Source of the DNA: Planctomycetota bacterium
GTDB lineage: Bacteria; Planctomycetota; B15-G4; SIAN01
NCBI GenBank assembly: GCA_031409275.1
Contig: JANNXA010000009.1
Span: forward strand, 32,001 to 96,000
DNA length: 64,000 bases
Direction of reading: 5' to 3'
Made by a program: the position numbers and the translations under genes. The stretch's first letter is position 1. Every line of letters begins with the position of its first letter. Under the pieces are notes generated by a model that saw only the letters and a program-made list of their open reading frames with translations, made no database searches and was not told the DNA's origin. Positions 8,443 to 17,766 of the stretch are shown here, in pieces.

Positions 8443-10415
8443 CACGGCGCCTCCTCGTGTCCGCCGAGCGGAACCTCCTCGCCATCGCGCAGCACGAACT
8501 TCGGGCAATCGGGCAGCGCCTCGAGGAAGACGCGCCCGTAGTTGCGCTGGATGATGCGCGCGTCGAGCACGGTGACGATTCCAGTGTCGTCCTTGCGCCG
8601 GATCAGCCGCCCGAAGCCCTGCTTGAAGCGCAGCACCGCCTTCGGCAGCGACAGCGATTGGAACGGGTCGATGCCGCTCTTCTGCGCGCGTTCGCTGCGC
8701 GCCTTCTCCAGCGGATGGTCCGGCATCGGGAACGGCAACCGCGTCAGCACCACGTGCGACAGCTCACTGCCGGCGACATCGACGCCTTCCCAGAACGACG
8801 CCAGCCCGAACAACGCGGCCGGCTGCGAAACGCGGAACTCCTCGAGCATCCGCGAGCGCGGCAGCCCTTGGCCCTGCACCAGCAGTCGGATCCCGCTGCG
8901 ATCGAGCGCATCGCGCGTGCCGGCCGCGACCGCCTCCATCGTCTTCCGGCTGGTGAACAGGACGAAAGCGCGGCCTTGGCTGCGCTGCAGGTGGCCGGGC
9001 AGCCGCTCGATCATCGCGGCGAGCCACGCCTCCGGCTGCGTTGGCTCGGGCAGCGGGTCGATGATGAGGCGCGCCTGCCGGCGGTAGTCGAATGGCGACG
9101 CGAGCACCAGCTTGCGTGCATCGCGGATGCCGGTACCGCGCGCGAGCCACGCGAATCGATCGGGAGGCGGCGCCACGGCGAGCGTCGCGCTGGTCAGGAT
9201 CACCGACTGGAGCGGCGCGAACAGCTCGCTGGCGAGGACGGGGCCGGGGTCGATCGGCGCCGCGCACAGGGCGACGTCGCCGCCTTCGTCGCTGCGCTCG
9301 ACGTAGGTGACCTCTTCGGCGCTGCTGCCGGCCAAGGCGCGCGCCACCTGTTCGGCATGTTCCTGCAGCACTCGGGCGCGCGCGACGAGGTCGCCTTGCA
9401 GCGCTTCGTCGCGTTCGCGCTCGGCGCGCGCCGCGAGCCGATCGTGGAGCTCGTGCAACGCCATCGCCAGCGCCGTCGGCAGCGCGACCGGCGTCGTCAA
9501 CGGCGCCAGCAGACGAGCGCCAGCGAAGCGCGCGGCGCGATCGAAGAGGTCCTGCGCCGCGAAGCGCGCACGCGTCAACGCGCCATGCGCCGCATCCCCC
9601 TGCCCCTCTTCGAGGCTGTCGAGCACTCGCTGCGCCTGCTTCAGCGCCGAAAGCACCGACGCGCGCGAGACGCGACCGCCCAGATGCTCGGAGGCGATCT
9701 CTTCGAGATGGTGCGCCTCGTCGACGATCAGGAACGAGTAGGGCGGCAGCACGGCCCCGCCGCCGCGCTTCAGCTTCAAGTCGGCGAGCAGCAACGCGTG
9801 ATTCACGACCAGCACGCCGGCGTCGCGCACCTGCTTCTTCGCCTCCTGCCACGCGCACGCCTCGAAATGCGGCGAGCGGGTACCGAGGCAGTTGCCGCGC
9901 TCGGCGCGGACGGCCGCCCACGCCTCATGGCGCGGCTCGAAGTCGAGGCTGCTGCGCGTCCCGTTGGCGCTCGTCGCCGCCCACCCGACCAGGCGCTGCA
10001 GCTCGCGCGCCGACGCCGGCGATTCGAAGAGCAGGTCGGTGCGGCGCATCGCCAGCTCGGCGCGCCGGCGGCAGACGTAGTTCTCGCGCCCCTGCACCAG
10101 CGCCGCTTCGAGCGGCACGCCGAGGATCTCGCGCAGGAACGGCAGGTCGCGCAGGACGAGCTGCTCCTGGAGGTTGCGCGTCCAAGTGGAGACGACGACC
10201 CGCCGGTCGGGCAGGTCGGCGTGGAGCAAGGCCGGCAGCAGGTAGGCAAAGGTCTTGCCGGTGCCGGTGCCCGCCTCGACGAAGAGGCGGGCCCGATCGT
10301 TGAAGGCGCGATCGACCGCCTCGGCCATCGCGATCTGGCTCTCGCGTTCCTCGAACGCCCCATAGCGCGCCGCGATGGGCCCTCCGGGGCCGAGCAGTTC
10401 CCGCATCCGCGTCAT
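8439..10415 (-). CDS. ATP-dependent DNA helicase, DinG/YoaA family
   Basis: Q motif ERESQ, Walker A EAGTGTGKT, DEAH, SAT, FWEGVDV, RLPFP.P and KQGFGRLIR. Confidence 0.93.
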   Translation of the reverse strand: MTRMRELLGPGGPIAARYGAFEERESQIAMAEAVDRAFNDRARLFVEAGTGTGKTFAYLLPALLHADLPDRRVVVSTWTRNLQEQLVLRDLPFLREILGVPLEAALVQGRENYVCRRRAELAMRRTDLLFESPASARELQRLVGWAATSANGTRSSLDFEPRHEAWAAVRAERGNCLGTRSPHFEACAWQEAKKQVRDAGVLVVNHALLLADLKLKRGGGAVLPPYSFLIVDEAHHLEEIASEHLGGRVSRASVLSALKQAQRVLDSLEEGQGDAAHGALTRARFAAQDLFDRAARFAGARLLAPLTTPVALPTALAMALHELHDRLAARAERERDEALQGDLVARARVLQEHAEQVARALAGSSAEEVTYVERSDEGGDVALCAAPIDPGPVLASELFAPLQSVILTSATLAVAPPPDRFAWLARGTGIRDARKLVLASPFDYRRQARLIIDPLPEPTQPEAWLAAMIERLPGHLQRSQGRAFVLFTSRKTMEAVAAGTRDALDRSGIRLLVQGQGLPRSRMLEEFRVSQPAALFGLASFWEGVDVAGSELSHVVLTRLPFPMPDHPLEKARSERAQKSGIDPFQSLSLPKAVLRFKQGFGRLIRRKDDTGIVTVLDARIIQRNYGRVFLEALPDCPKFVLRDGEEVPLGGHEEAPW

Positions 10416-10514
10416 GGTCGCTCCGTCGAAGCGAGGCGCTTCTCCATCCGGCAGTGTTGCCGGTCTGCCAGCCTCGACCTACGATCCTCCGCCTCGATCT
10501 TCCCGGAGCCTTCC

Positions 10515-11036
10515 ATGAGCCAGCGCCGTCCTTTCGTCCTGGCCGCCCTGATCTGGGGCGGTTCGTTGCTGGGCAGTTCGATGCTGAGCGGTTGCTCCGC
10601 CACGAACGCCGCCGATGACGATCAGGCCCCGCGGGCGGCGGCACAGCCTTGGGAGGTCGATCCCTACAGCCGTACGGAGGAGATCTTCGTCGACGGCACC
10701 GCAGTCGGCTACCTCGTCTCCTATGACGCCATTCCGGACGGGACGGTGCTGCAGCGCGCGATGCCGACAGGAAGCTACCGCATCCAGGACCGACGCTTCG
10801 AAGACGTCGGCTTCATCTCGCCGCGCGGCCTCGTGTTCCGCCACTCCGCGGACGGCGCGCAAGCACTCGGCTTCCATCCGCTCGAGGAAGGGCTGCTGAA
10901 CTTCTTCGGCGGTCGGCGGCAGGTGAAGCTCGTCGCGCTGCGCTCGATGCCGGCGAAGGTGGTAGCGCCGGCGGCCGACGAAGCGGGCGCCGATGGCGAG
11001 GCGGCGGCGGAAGACGGCGAAGTCGAAGGCGGCTGA
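10515..11036 (+). CDS. Hypothetical lipoprotein
   Basis: This is the 3' part of ORF 7968-11036. It has a signal peptide with lipobox LSGC, coding-like codon usage and an acidic tail. Confidence 0.7.
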   Translation: MSQRRPFVLAALIWGGSLLGSSMLSGCSATNAADDDQAPRAAAQPWEVDPYSRTEEIFVDGTAVGYLVSYDAIPDGTVLQRAMPTGSYRIQDRRFEDVGFISPRGLVFRHSADGAQALGFHPLEEGLLNFFGGRRQVKLVALRSMPAKVVAPAADEAGADGEAAAEDGEVEGG

Positions 11037-11042
11037 AACGCC

Positions 11043-11077
11043 GCGCGGAGGTCGACGTCTTTCGTCTCCCTCCGCGC
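11043..11077. terminator. Hairpin between convergent genes
   Basis: GCGCGGAGG..GACG-TCTTT-CGTC..CCTCCGCGC inverted repeat, with no clear U-tract. Confidence 0.5.
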
Positions 11078-11101
11078 GTCAGGCTGACGGGTCGCAGCGG
11101 C

Positions 11102-11773
11102 TCAGCGGGCGGCGTGCTCCTCGTTCGCAGCGACGACGATCGGTTCGATCGGCCGCTCGCCCGGACCGCTGCTGATCGGCGTGCACATCGGCGCACAGCT
11201 CAGCAGTTCGAACGCGCCGACCTGCTGCTCCACCTTGGCCAACGCGGCGAGCGCGTCACGCGCTGCGGGACCTCCGGCGGGATCGATCGCCAGCCGAGCC
11301 TTCTCGATCGCGACCCGCGTATCGGCGCGGACCGCCGCGATCTGATCGTGCAGCACGACCAGCGCCTGATGGAACTCGGCCGCCGTGTCTTGCAGCAGGT
11401 CGCTCTTGCGCACCTGCACGCCGCGCGGAAGGCGCAGTCGCGACAGGTCGCGCATCACCGCCTTGAATCGGAAGTTCGGGCCGGCGATGCGAAACGTCTC
11501 CAGCACGCCATGCGCGAAGAGGCACAGGAACGTGCAGACCAGCGGCGCGAGCACCAGTCGCATCAGCACTTCGACGCGGAACGCCGTCTCCATCAGCGCC
11601 CACTCCGGCGGGTCGCCGAGGAAGGTGAAGACGACCGGCGCCACGATGGCGATGATCAAGAAGAGCAGCAGATAGAAGAGCAGGAAGCCGCCGAGGCGGC
11701 CGATGAAGCTCAGTTGGAAGTCACGATCGATCAGGATCGTCTTGCGCTGCTCGAGATGTGTTGAGTTGCCCAT
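11102..11773 (-). CDS. Two-TM membrane protein with HAMP-like segment
   Basis: RKTILIDRDFQLSF, two TM helices, then RIAGP.FRF...L...VQVRKSD.LQD, which is HAMP-like. RBS GAGG. Confidence 0.65.
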   Translation of the reverse strand: MGNSTHLEQRKTILIDRDFQLSFIGRLGGFLLFYLLLFLIIAIVAPVVFTFLGDPPEWALMETAFRVEVLMRLVLAPLVCTFLCLFAHGVLETFRIAGPNFRFKAVMRDLSRLRLPRGVQVRKSDLLQDTAAEFHQALVVLHDQIAAVRADTRVAIEKARLAIDPAGGPAARDALAALAKVEQQVGAFELLSCAPMCTPISSGPGERPIEPIVVAANEEHAAR

Positions 11774-11814
11774 CGCCGTCACTTCCTCTGGGATCGAGTC
11801 GGGTCGCAATGGCC

Positions 11815-12729
11815 TCATCGGCGGCGCAGGTTCCATTCCTTCAACCAAGTCTCGTGACGATCGAGCTTCTCCGCGTCGGGCACGACCTCGCGGTAGAGGC
11901 TGATCAGCACCTGGTGGGGCTGCGGGTCGTCCTTCCAGATCCGCGCCGCCTCCTCGAGCTCGAGCGCCGCGCCGGCGTAGTCCCGGGCGTTCGAAAGCCC
12001 CTGGATGAGGCGCCAGCGCAGCGACGCCTCGCCGGGGGCCGCCGCAAGCAGCGAACGGATCTCGGCGATCGCAGCCTTCCAGTCCTCGGACTTCTCGTAC
12101 ACGTCGATCACGCGATCGACGAGGTCGCGCTGCTTGGGCGCGAGCGTGCGCGCCTGCGCCAGCAGGACGAGCGCACCCTTCCAGTCCTCTTCACCCGCGC
12201 AGCAATCGGCAAGCTCGACGAGGATCGCCACCGTCGGCCCGCTCCGCTTCATCAAGTCGGCCAGGAGGTCCTTGGCGGCTCCCCACTCGCCGAGGCGGCG
12301 GTGGCAGCCGGCCAGCATCAACTGCACCTCGCCATTGGCCGGGTCGAGGTTGAGTGCATGGAGCAGCCACTCGACCGCCTTCTGATCGTCGCCTGACGAG
12401 ACGGCGCACCAGCCGCGCACGCGCCACGGCAGTTCGTAGGCGACATCGAGCTCGATCGCCTTGGCGGCCACCTCGTCCCCGCGCTTCCACTCGCCCTTCT
12501 CGAACCAGGCGATCGCCTGATAGGCGAGCGAGCGCGCCTCGATCTGCGCCGGCGTGAACTCCGGCGCGACCGGCGCGACCGGCGCGTCGGCGGGCTCGCC
12601 GTCCGGCTTCGCAACGGGCTTCGCGGCCGGCTTGGAGGCCGGCGCCTTCGGTGCGACCTGTTGCGCCGTGGCGACCATCGGCCCCGCGGCGCACAGCGCG
12701 AACAACGTGGTGATCCAACCTGGTTTCAT
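11815..12729 (-). CDS. Secreted tetratricopeptide repeat protein
   Basis: Signal peptide, Pro/Ala linker and tandem TPR-like helices (ALNLDPANGEV, ARTLAPKQ, LAAAPGE). Confidence 0.8.
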   Translation of the reverse strand: MKPGWITTLFALCAAGPMVATAQQVAPKAPASKPAAKPVAKPDGEPADAPVAPVAPEFTPAQIEARSLAYQAIAWFEKGEWKRGDEVAAKAIELDVAYELPWRVRGWCAVSSGDDQKAVEWLLHALNLDPANGEVQLMLAGCHRRLGEWGAAKDLLADLMKRSGPTVAILVELADCCAGEEDWKGALVLLAQARTLAPKQRDLVDRVIDVYEKSEDWKAAIAEIRSLLAAAPGEASLRWRLIQGLSNARDYAGAALELEEAARIWKDDPQPHQVLISLYREVVPDAEKLDRHETWLKEWNLRRR

Positions 12730-12749
12730 CGGAAGCTCCTGCGGTCCGT

Positions 12750-13325
12750 TCAGCGCTGCGGCGAGACGCGGAGGTGGTGGAGCGAGTGCTGCACGACGCC
12801 GGCGGCGCCGGCAACCTCGCGCCTGAATCCGATCTGCAGATCGACGCGGCCGAGCGGGTCGATCTCGAAGTCGAGGCTCTCCACCTGCGAGACCACCGGG
12901 ATGGTCACGTTGTCCTGGCGACGAACGAGCTGGCCCTGGCTGCGGAAGAGTTCGATCGGCGTCGACCAGATCGGCACGACCTCCGCGCCGTTGGTGCCGA
13001 AGGAGGCGACGCGGCGAAACGTCAGCTTCTCGTCGCCGGCGCTGCCAGTGACCCTCATGTAGGGCACGCCCAGCAGGTCGCTGTCGCGCGAACTGTTGCG
13101 CAGCTCATTGACGACGCGCTGAAGCGCCTGCTTGGCCTTGGCGCCACGTTCGAGTTCGCTCATGCCAAACTTGCCGCTGCGCGTCATCACGATCGTCGCC
13201 GAGACGGCCGTCTGCATCACCAGCGCAAGGATCGCACACGACACTGCCGCCTCGAGCAGCGTGAAGCCGCCTTGGCGGGAACGCCTGGCGCGACGATTCG
13301 GAGGGAAGGCGGTCGTTGCCATCAC
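12750..13325 (-). CDS. Prepilin-type N-terminal cleavage/methylation domain protein (minor pilin)
   Basis: Basic leader followed by G|FTLLE and a hydrophobic helix. Confidence 0.85.
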   Translation of the reverse strand: MMATTAFPPNRRARRSRQGGFTLLEAAVSCAILALVMQTAVSATIVMTRSGKFGMSELERGAKAKQALQRVVNELRNSSRDSDLLGVPYMRVTGSAGDEKLTFRRVASFGTNGAEVVPIWSTPIELFRSQGQLVRRQDNVTIPVVSQVESLDFEIDPLGRVDLQIGFRREVAGAAGVVQHSLHHLRVSPQR

Positions 13326-15193
13326 ATTCCGCCCGTTTGTCCGAGTTTGCCGGTGCGGGTGCGGGTGCCGGTGATGCCGCGGCGAGTGGCGTCGATCTTC
13401 GTCGGATCGATGCGTTCGATCTGTCGATCTTCGGTGCCCTTCTTCAGGTCGGTCGCGCCCCAGTTGAAGCGCGCCTGCGTCGTCCAGTCCCGCACCTCAT
13501 CGAACGTCGCCAACCCCGAAAGCGCCGTCACGCCAGCATCGGGAACGCCGGCACCGGCGCCGGTGTTGTGGCTGGTGTTGAAGCGCACCGTTTCGAGGAC
13601 GTTCAGCATCTCCTCGTTCGGGAATCCTGGCGGCGGATCGTTGAGCGCGCCCTGGTCGTAGACCGAGGCGCCCGCCTTGAAGCCGTGGGTCACGGTGCCG
13701 GCGGCATCGATCAGCGTCGCGACCGGCCGCTTGAGGCACATGACGCTGCCGAAGCGTCGAATGGAGTTCTTCACCGACGCGCTACCGCTGAGCGAGGGCG
13801 TGCCTGTCGCGCTCAGCACGATGCCGTCCATGGCGATGGTGCCAGTGGCGGAGATCAGGTTGGCGTTGATCTCGAGGCTGGTCGGAGCGCTGCGCGAGTA
13901 GACGACGTCACCCTTGGCGATGATCCCCAACGCATGGTTTCGATTGAACGCCGGGTTGGACACATACTCGCCGGTCGCCACCGTGCCGTTCAGGTAGGCG
14001 TAGTCGTTCTGCGCGTCGATGTAGCGGAGGTTGCCGGTGATCGTCGCCTTCGATTCGGTGACCAGCGTGACTTTGCCGTTCACGTCGCCACCGATCTTTC
14101 GCACGTCACCGGGGAAGTAGAAGATCCCCGACATCGGGTAGCTCTTCGTCGACAGCAGCGCACCGGCAACGGTCTGGTTCTGGTTCACCCAGTAGGTCTC
14201 GGTGCCCATGATCGGCACGAGCTCCTGGACCTGGTAGGTGCCGTTGGCGATCTTCACGTTGGTCCAGACCATCTCGTAGTAGGTCTCGGACTTCCAGTAG
14301 CCGGTCGATCCACCTCCGCCGAGGTCGGTGCCACCGCCCGAGGTCGTGCTGGTCGTGTCGACCCACACATTGCGGGTCTTCTTCGTGTTCACCCACTGCC
14401 ACTCGTAGCGGTAGTTCGTCTTGGTGACCCACTGGAGCTGGGTGCCGATCTGCACCGACCGCGTCTTCTGCACGGCCACGACCTGGACCGAATCCTTCGC
14501 GTAGAGCTTCACCTGCAACGTCGTCTTGTTGAGCGCAACCTCGGCGACGAGGTTGGCAGGCGCCACGTAGGTCGCCTTCGCCTTGATGCCGGGGAAGCTG
14601 ATCTTGGAGAGCAGGTTCTTCGACGCCGCGGCGGGATCGGCACCGCGCAGGAACGTCGTGTTCGCCGCAGTGGCGCCGTTCTTGTAGACGAAGCCTTCGC
14701 TTGCGCCGAGCTCGCCGTCGTAGGAACCGCCGGCGAAGTAGAACTCGAGGGTCTTGTTGGTGAAGATCCGCCCCTTGGGCTTGCCCGAGATGCCGAGATT
14801 GTGAGCTTCGACGTAGTAGTTGTAGGCCGTGTAGGACATGCCATCTCGGATCAGGCAGTTGGCCGCGCCCATCGCCGTGCCGAAGTCGTTCGTCGAACTC
14901 AGGCGGTACCAACGCGCCGGGCCCGCCACCTCGACCGCCACCGGCGTCCCCGCGATCAGCGGCGGATCACTCGCGATCGCCGCGAGGATCGCGTCATTGC
15001 GACCGTCGGTGTAGCTCGAGTTGAGGATGACGTTCTTCGCGAGCTCGATCTCCCCGATCGAGCGCCACGCCGCTCGTTCGGCGGCGGCTTCCTTCATCAC
15101 CTGGTTCTGCTCGACCACGGCGCGGCCGAGGAACGTCGTCATCGTCGCGCCGACGCCGGCAACCACGACCAGGCAGATCGGCATCGCGGTCAT
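13322..15193 (-). CDS. Large PilX/GspK-position pilus-associated protein with beta-rich C-terminus
   Basis: Lies between two prepilins with 4-nt stop/start overlaps. It has an N-terminal hydrophobic helix, AERAAWRSIGEIELA (PilX-like) and a C-terminal LGIIAKGDV..LEINANLIS..YD..L.DPPPGFP. Confidence 0.65.
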   Translation of the reverse strand: MTAMPICLVVVAGVGATMTTFLGRAVVEQNQVMKEAAAERAAWRSIGEIELAKNVILNSSYTDGRNDAILAAIASDPPLIAGTPVAVEVAGPARWYRLSSTNDFGTAMGAANCLIRDGMSYTAYNYYVEAHNLGISGKPKGRIFTNKTLEFYFAGGSYDGELGASEGFVYKNGATAANTTFLRGADPAAASKNLLSKISFPGIKAKATYVAPANLVAEVALNKTTLQVKLYAKDSVQVVAVQKTRSVQIGTQLQWVTKTNYRYEWQWVNTKKTRNVWVDTTSTTSGGGTDLGGGGSTGYWKSETYYEMVWTNVKIANGTYQVQELVPIMGTETYWVNQNQTVAGALLSTKSYPMSGIFYFPGDVRKIGGDVNGKVTLVTESKATITGNLRYIDAQNDYAYLNGTVATGEYVSNPAFNRNHALGIIAKGDVVYSRSAPTSLEINANLISATGTIAMDGIVLSATGTPSLSGSASVKNSIRRFGSVMCLKRPVATLIDAAGTVTHGFKAGASVYDQGALNDPPPGFPNEEMLNVLETVRFNTSHNTGAGAGVPDAGVTALSGLATFDEVRDWTTQARFNWGATDLKKGTEDRQIERIDPTKIDATRRGITGTRTRTGKLGQTGGM

Positions 15194-15717
15194 TGCGAAC
15201 TCCAGGGCGCGGAACGCAGTGATTCGAGGATCAAGGTGCCATCCCACAGGATGTTGATGCGCAGCAGGTCGGCTCGCCCCTCGCGCGCGTCGCTCTCGTC
15301 GCCGTCGCCATTCAGGTCAGCGTCGACTCGCACCTCGAACCGCCCGCCCCAAGGGAAGTCATCGATCTCGAACTGGTAGCCGGTGGCGCCAGCCGCCGTC
15401 CGCAACCCGCCGAGGGTCGCTGTCCCGAGGTCGCTGTCAGCATCGAACAGCTCGGTGAGCTGCGCGTTGCTGGCGGCGCTCGGCGTCGACGTGCCGTAAC
15501 TGATCCGGAACAGGCGATCGAGCAGCTCGCCGGCGACGATGGTCAACTGCGCGCGCCGCTCCATCTCGCGCTTGCTGGCGTGGCCGGCTCGCATGCCGAC
15601 GCCGATGGTGGTGAGCACCGTGCACATCATCGAAGAGACGAGCATCACTTCGAGCAGCGAGAAGCCGCGCTGGCGGCGCCGTGCGACTCGATGCGGGCGG
15701 CTTGCGACGGCGCTCAT
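15190..15717 (-). CDS. Prepilin-type N-terminal cleavage/methylation domain protein (minor pilin)
   Basis: RRRQRG|FSLLEVML class III signal peptide. ATG 15717 overlaps the upstream stop codon. Confidence 0.85.
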   Translation of the reverse strand: MSAVASRPHRVARRRQRGFSLLEVMLVSSMMCTVLTTIGVGMRAGHASKREMERRAQLTIVAGELLDRLFRISYGTSTPSAASNAQLTELFDADSDLGTATLGGLRTAAGATGYQFEIDDFPWGGRFEVRVDADLNGDGDESDAREGRADLLRINILWDGTLILESLRSAPWSSQ

Positions 15718-16058
15718 CGGATCACCGCCACATCGAGGCCGGTGAAGTTCTTGGCCAACGGACCGGCGTCTTCCACCGCAGCGTCGCCGTCGGCGCTGCT
15801 CGCGTCGCCCTCGGTGTCCTCGAGATCCCACGAGGCGGCGGAAAGGCGCCACTTCGAGTCGAGCCGGAAGGTCGACGCCGCCTTCTCGGCCGCCGTGTCG
15901 TCGAGCGTCGCGTGCGGACGCCTCGGAGTGGCGCCAACTGCGGCCTCCGCCTGATCGGCCGAGCGCGTGAGACTCATGCCGACGATGGTGAGCGCTGCTG
16001 CCGCGAGCATGCATGGCAACGCGCGTCGATTGGAGAAGAGTCGGCGGTAGTCGATCAC
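15714..16058 (-). CDS. Small hypothetical exported/membrane protein, first gene of the pilin operon
   Basis: GGAGG RBS before the GTG start, N-terminal hydrophobic stretch and translational coupling to the next gene. Confidence 0.55.
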   Translation of the reverse strand: MIDYRRLFSNRRALPCMLAAAALTIVGMSLTRSADQAEAAVGATPRRPHATLDDTAAEKAASTFRLDSKWRLSAASWDLEDTEGDASSADGDAAVEDAGPLAKNFTGLDVAVIR

Positions 16059-16188
16059 TGCTTGCCTCCGTAGGGCTGCGCAAGGAATCGACCGATGTGG
16101 GCGCGCGAGTTCACCCCATGACGACGAAAGCGATCGGAAAACGACTCCGGCCGGATCGCAGCCGAACGCTCTGAAGGAGGGTGGAGCT

Positions 16189-16243
16189 CGGTCCGCGCCG
16201 GATCCGCGCTGGATCCGCGCTGGATCAGCGCCGGATCAGCGTC
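16189..16243. repeat. 11-bp tandem repeat, 5 copies (GGATC[C/A]GCGC[T/C])
   Basis: cggtccgcgcc ggatccgcgct ggatccgcgct ggatcagcgcc ggatcagcgtc. The last copy overlaps the ligase stop codon. Confidence 0.8.
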
Positions 16244-17606
16244 CGGTGGCGAAGGCGGGCGCCGGCGCGGGGCCGGGCAGTGCAGCCGGAGACGGACGCG
16301 CCCCGAACACGGGCGGCGGGATCTGCGGCAGCGCCTCCATCTGCTCGAACTCCTTCAGCGCGATGAATCGCAGCGCCGTGGTCAGCGTGACCAGGTGGTA
16401 CATCAGGTCGAAGTGGGCGCGGCTCAGGAAGATCGCGCCGAACATGAACGCCAACAGGCTGATCTCGAGCATGTTCGTGAACCTGACGATCCACTGCGCC
16501 TGGGGCCCGCGCCGCATCGCCTCCCGGCGCGTCTTGCGCAGCATCCAGAGCGTCGAGATGAGCATCCCGAGGAAGCAGATCAGCGCCAAGGTGCCGAGTT
16601 CCGCCCACACCTGGATGTAGGTGTTGTGGGCTACGCGGACCGTCTTCACGCCGGTGCGAAGGCGGACCTGGATCGGGTCGTAGCGACGGAAGTTCGACAG
16701 GAACCCCTCGAATCCGACGCCGAAGAAGGGGTTGGCGGCCGCCATCCTGAGCCCAACGTTCCACGCATAGAGGCGCCCGGCCGCCGAGCCGTCCTCCTCC
16801 GGGTTCTGCAGCGTCGCCAGGCGCTCCTTCGCGTCCTCCGGCAGGATCGCCGGGACCAGCAGCAGCGCGAACCCCGCGATGAACCACGGCAGCAGGCTCT
16901 TCTTCATCTTGTTGAAGATCAGCAGGCAGACGAGGCAAGCCGTGAGGAAGCCGCCGCGCGAGAGCGTGCACACCACCGCCACGCAGGTCAGCGCGAACGC
17001 CACGACGCACAGCCGTTTGAGCCACCGTTTCGTCGCGCTGCGGCCCAGGAAGAAGAGGAACGGCAGGTTCATCGCCATGCCGAGGCAGAGGTCATTGTTG
17101 TCCAACATCATCCCGCCGGGCCCCTGCAGGATGCGCCCGCCACGCAGGAGCCCGTGCAGTCCGTACTTGATGCCGAAGACGCCCAGCGACAGGCCGATGG
17201 TCCAGGCGATCTTCTCGAAGCGGTCGCGGTTGTCGACCATGCCGACGGTGAAGAAGGTGACCAGGAAGACCTTGCAGAGGTCGAACCACTTGGTGACCTG
17301 GTTGTCGTTGGGATCACGCCGCGCAATCAGCAGTGAGATCGAGAGGCAGACGAACAGGCCGGCCATGAAGCGCGTCGGCGTGGCGAACTTGGTGAACTTC
17401 CGGTGCTCGTGGAAGAACCAGCCTGAGTACATCAGGATCGCGCAATAGAGCGAGTAGCGGATCGGCTTGGCGAACCCCCAGCAGAAGTCCTGCGGCCGCA
17501 TGTAGGCCAGCCACGTGAAAAGCAGCAGGCCGAAGAACGGCTTGGTGAACGCCCGCGGAAGCATGGCGAACACGGCGATGAAGACGATGACGTCGCGATA
17601 GCTCAA
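16236..17606 (-). CDS. O-antigen ligase family protein (exosortase-A-associated O-glycosylation ligase type)
   Basis: MSYRD..KPFFGLL..W..YMRPQ..WG, GPGGM..DNND, TLSRGG, DGSA.GRL..W..NPFFGVG and VAHNTYIQVWAELG (Wzy_C). Confidence 0.85.
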   Translation of the reverse strand: MSYRDVIVFIAVFAMLPRAFTKPFFGLLLFTWLAYMRPQDFCWGFAKPIRYSLYCAILMYSGWFFHEHRKFTKFATPTRFMAGLFVCLSISLLIARRDPNDNQVTKWFDLCKVFLVTFFTVGMVDNRDRFEKIAWTIGLSLGVFGIKYGLHGLLRGGRILQGPGGMMLDNNDLCLGMAMNLPFLFFLGRSATKRWLKRLCVVAFALTCVAVVCTLSRGGFLTACLVCLLIFNKMKKSLLPWFIAGFALLLVPAILPEDAKERLATLQNPEEDGSAAGRLYAWNVGLRMAAANPFFGVGFEGFLSNFRRYDPIQVRLRTGVKTVRVAHNTYIQVWAELGTLALICFLGMLISTLWMLRKTRREAMRRGPQAQWIVRFTNMLEISLLAFMFGAIFLSRAHFDLMYHLVTLTTALRFIALKEFEQMEALPQIPPPVFGARPSPAALPGPAPAPAFATGR

Positions 17607-17766
17607 GGCGGTGGCGGCCCCACGTCCGGCGAAGGCGGCACATCATGCGCGGAGGCCCGGCAGAGCCCAACGCCCACCGTCGACCGCGCCTCCCGCCGCA
17701 CGCTCATCGGCGAGCGGCTGGGCCGGGCTCATGGCGAGCACCCGCGCCACCCTATGATCCCGCCCC

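Noticed and set aside
7968..10514. N-terminal 849 aa of the 1022-aa ORF
   Set aside because: It overlaps the DinG helicase on the opposite strand. Only 10515-11036 looks coding.
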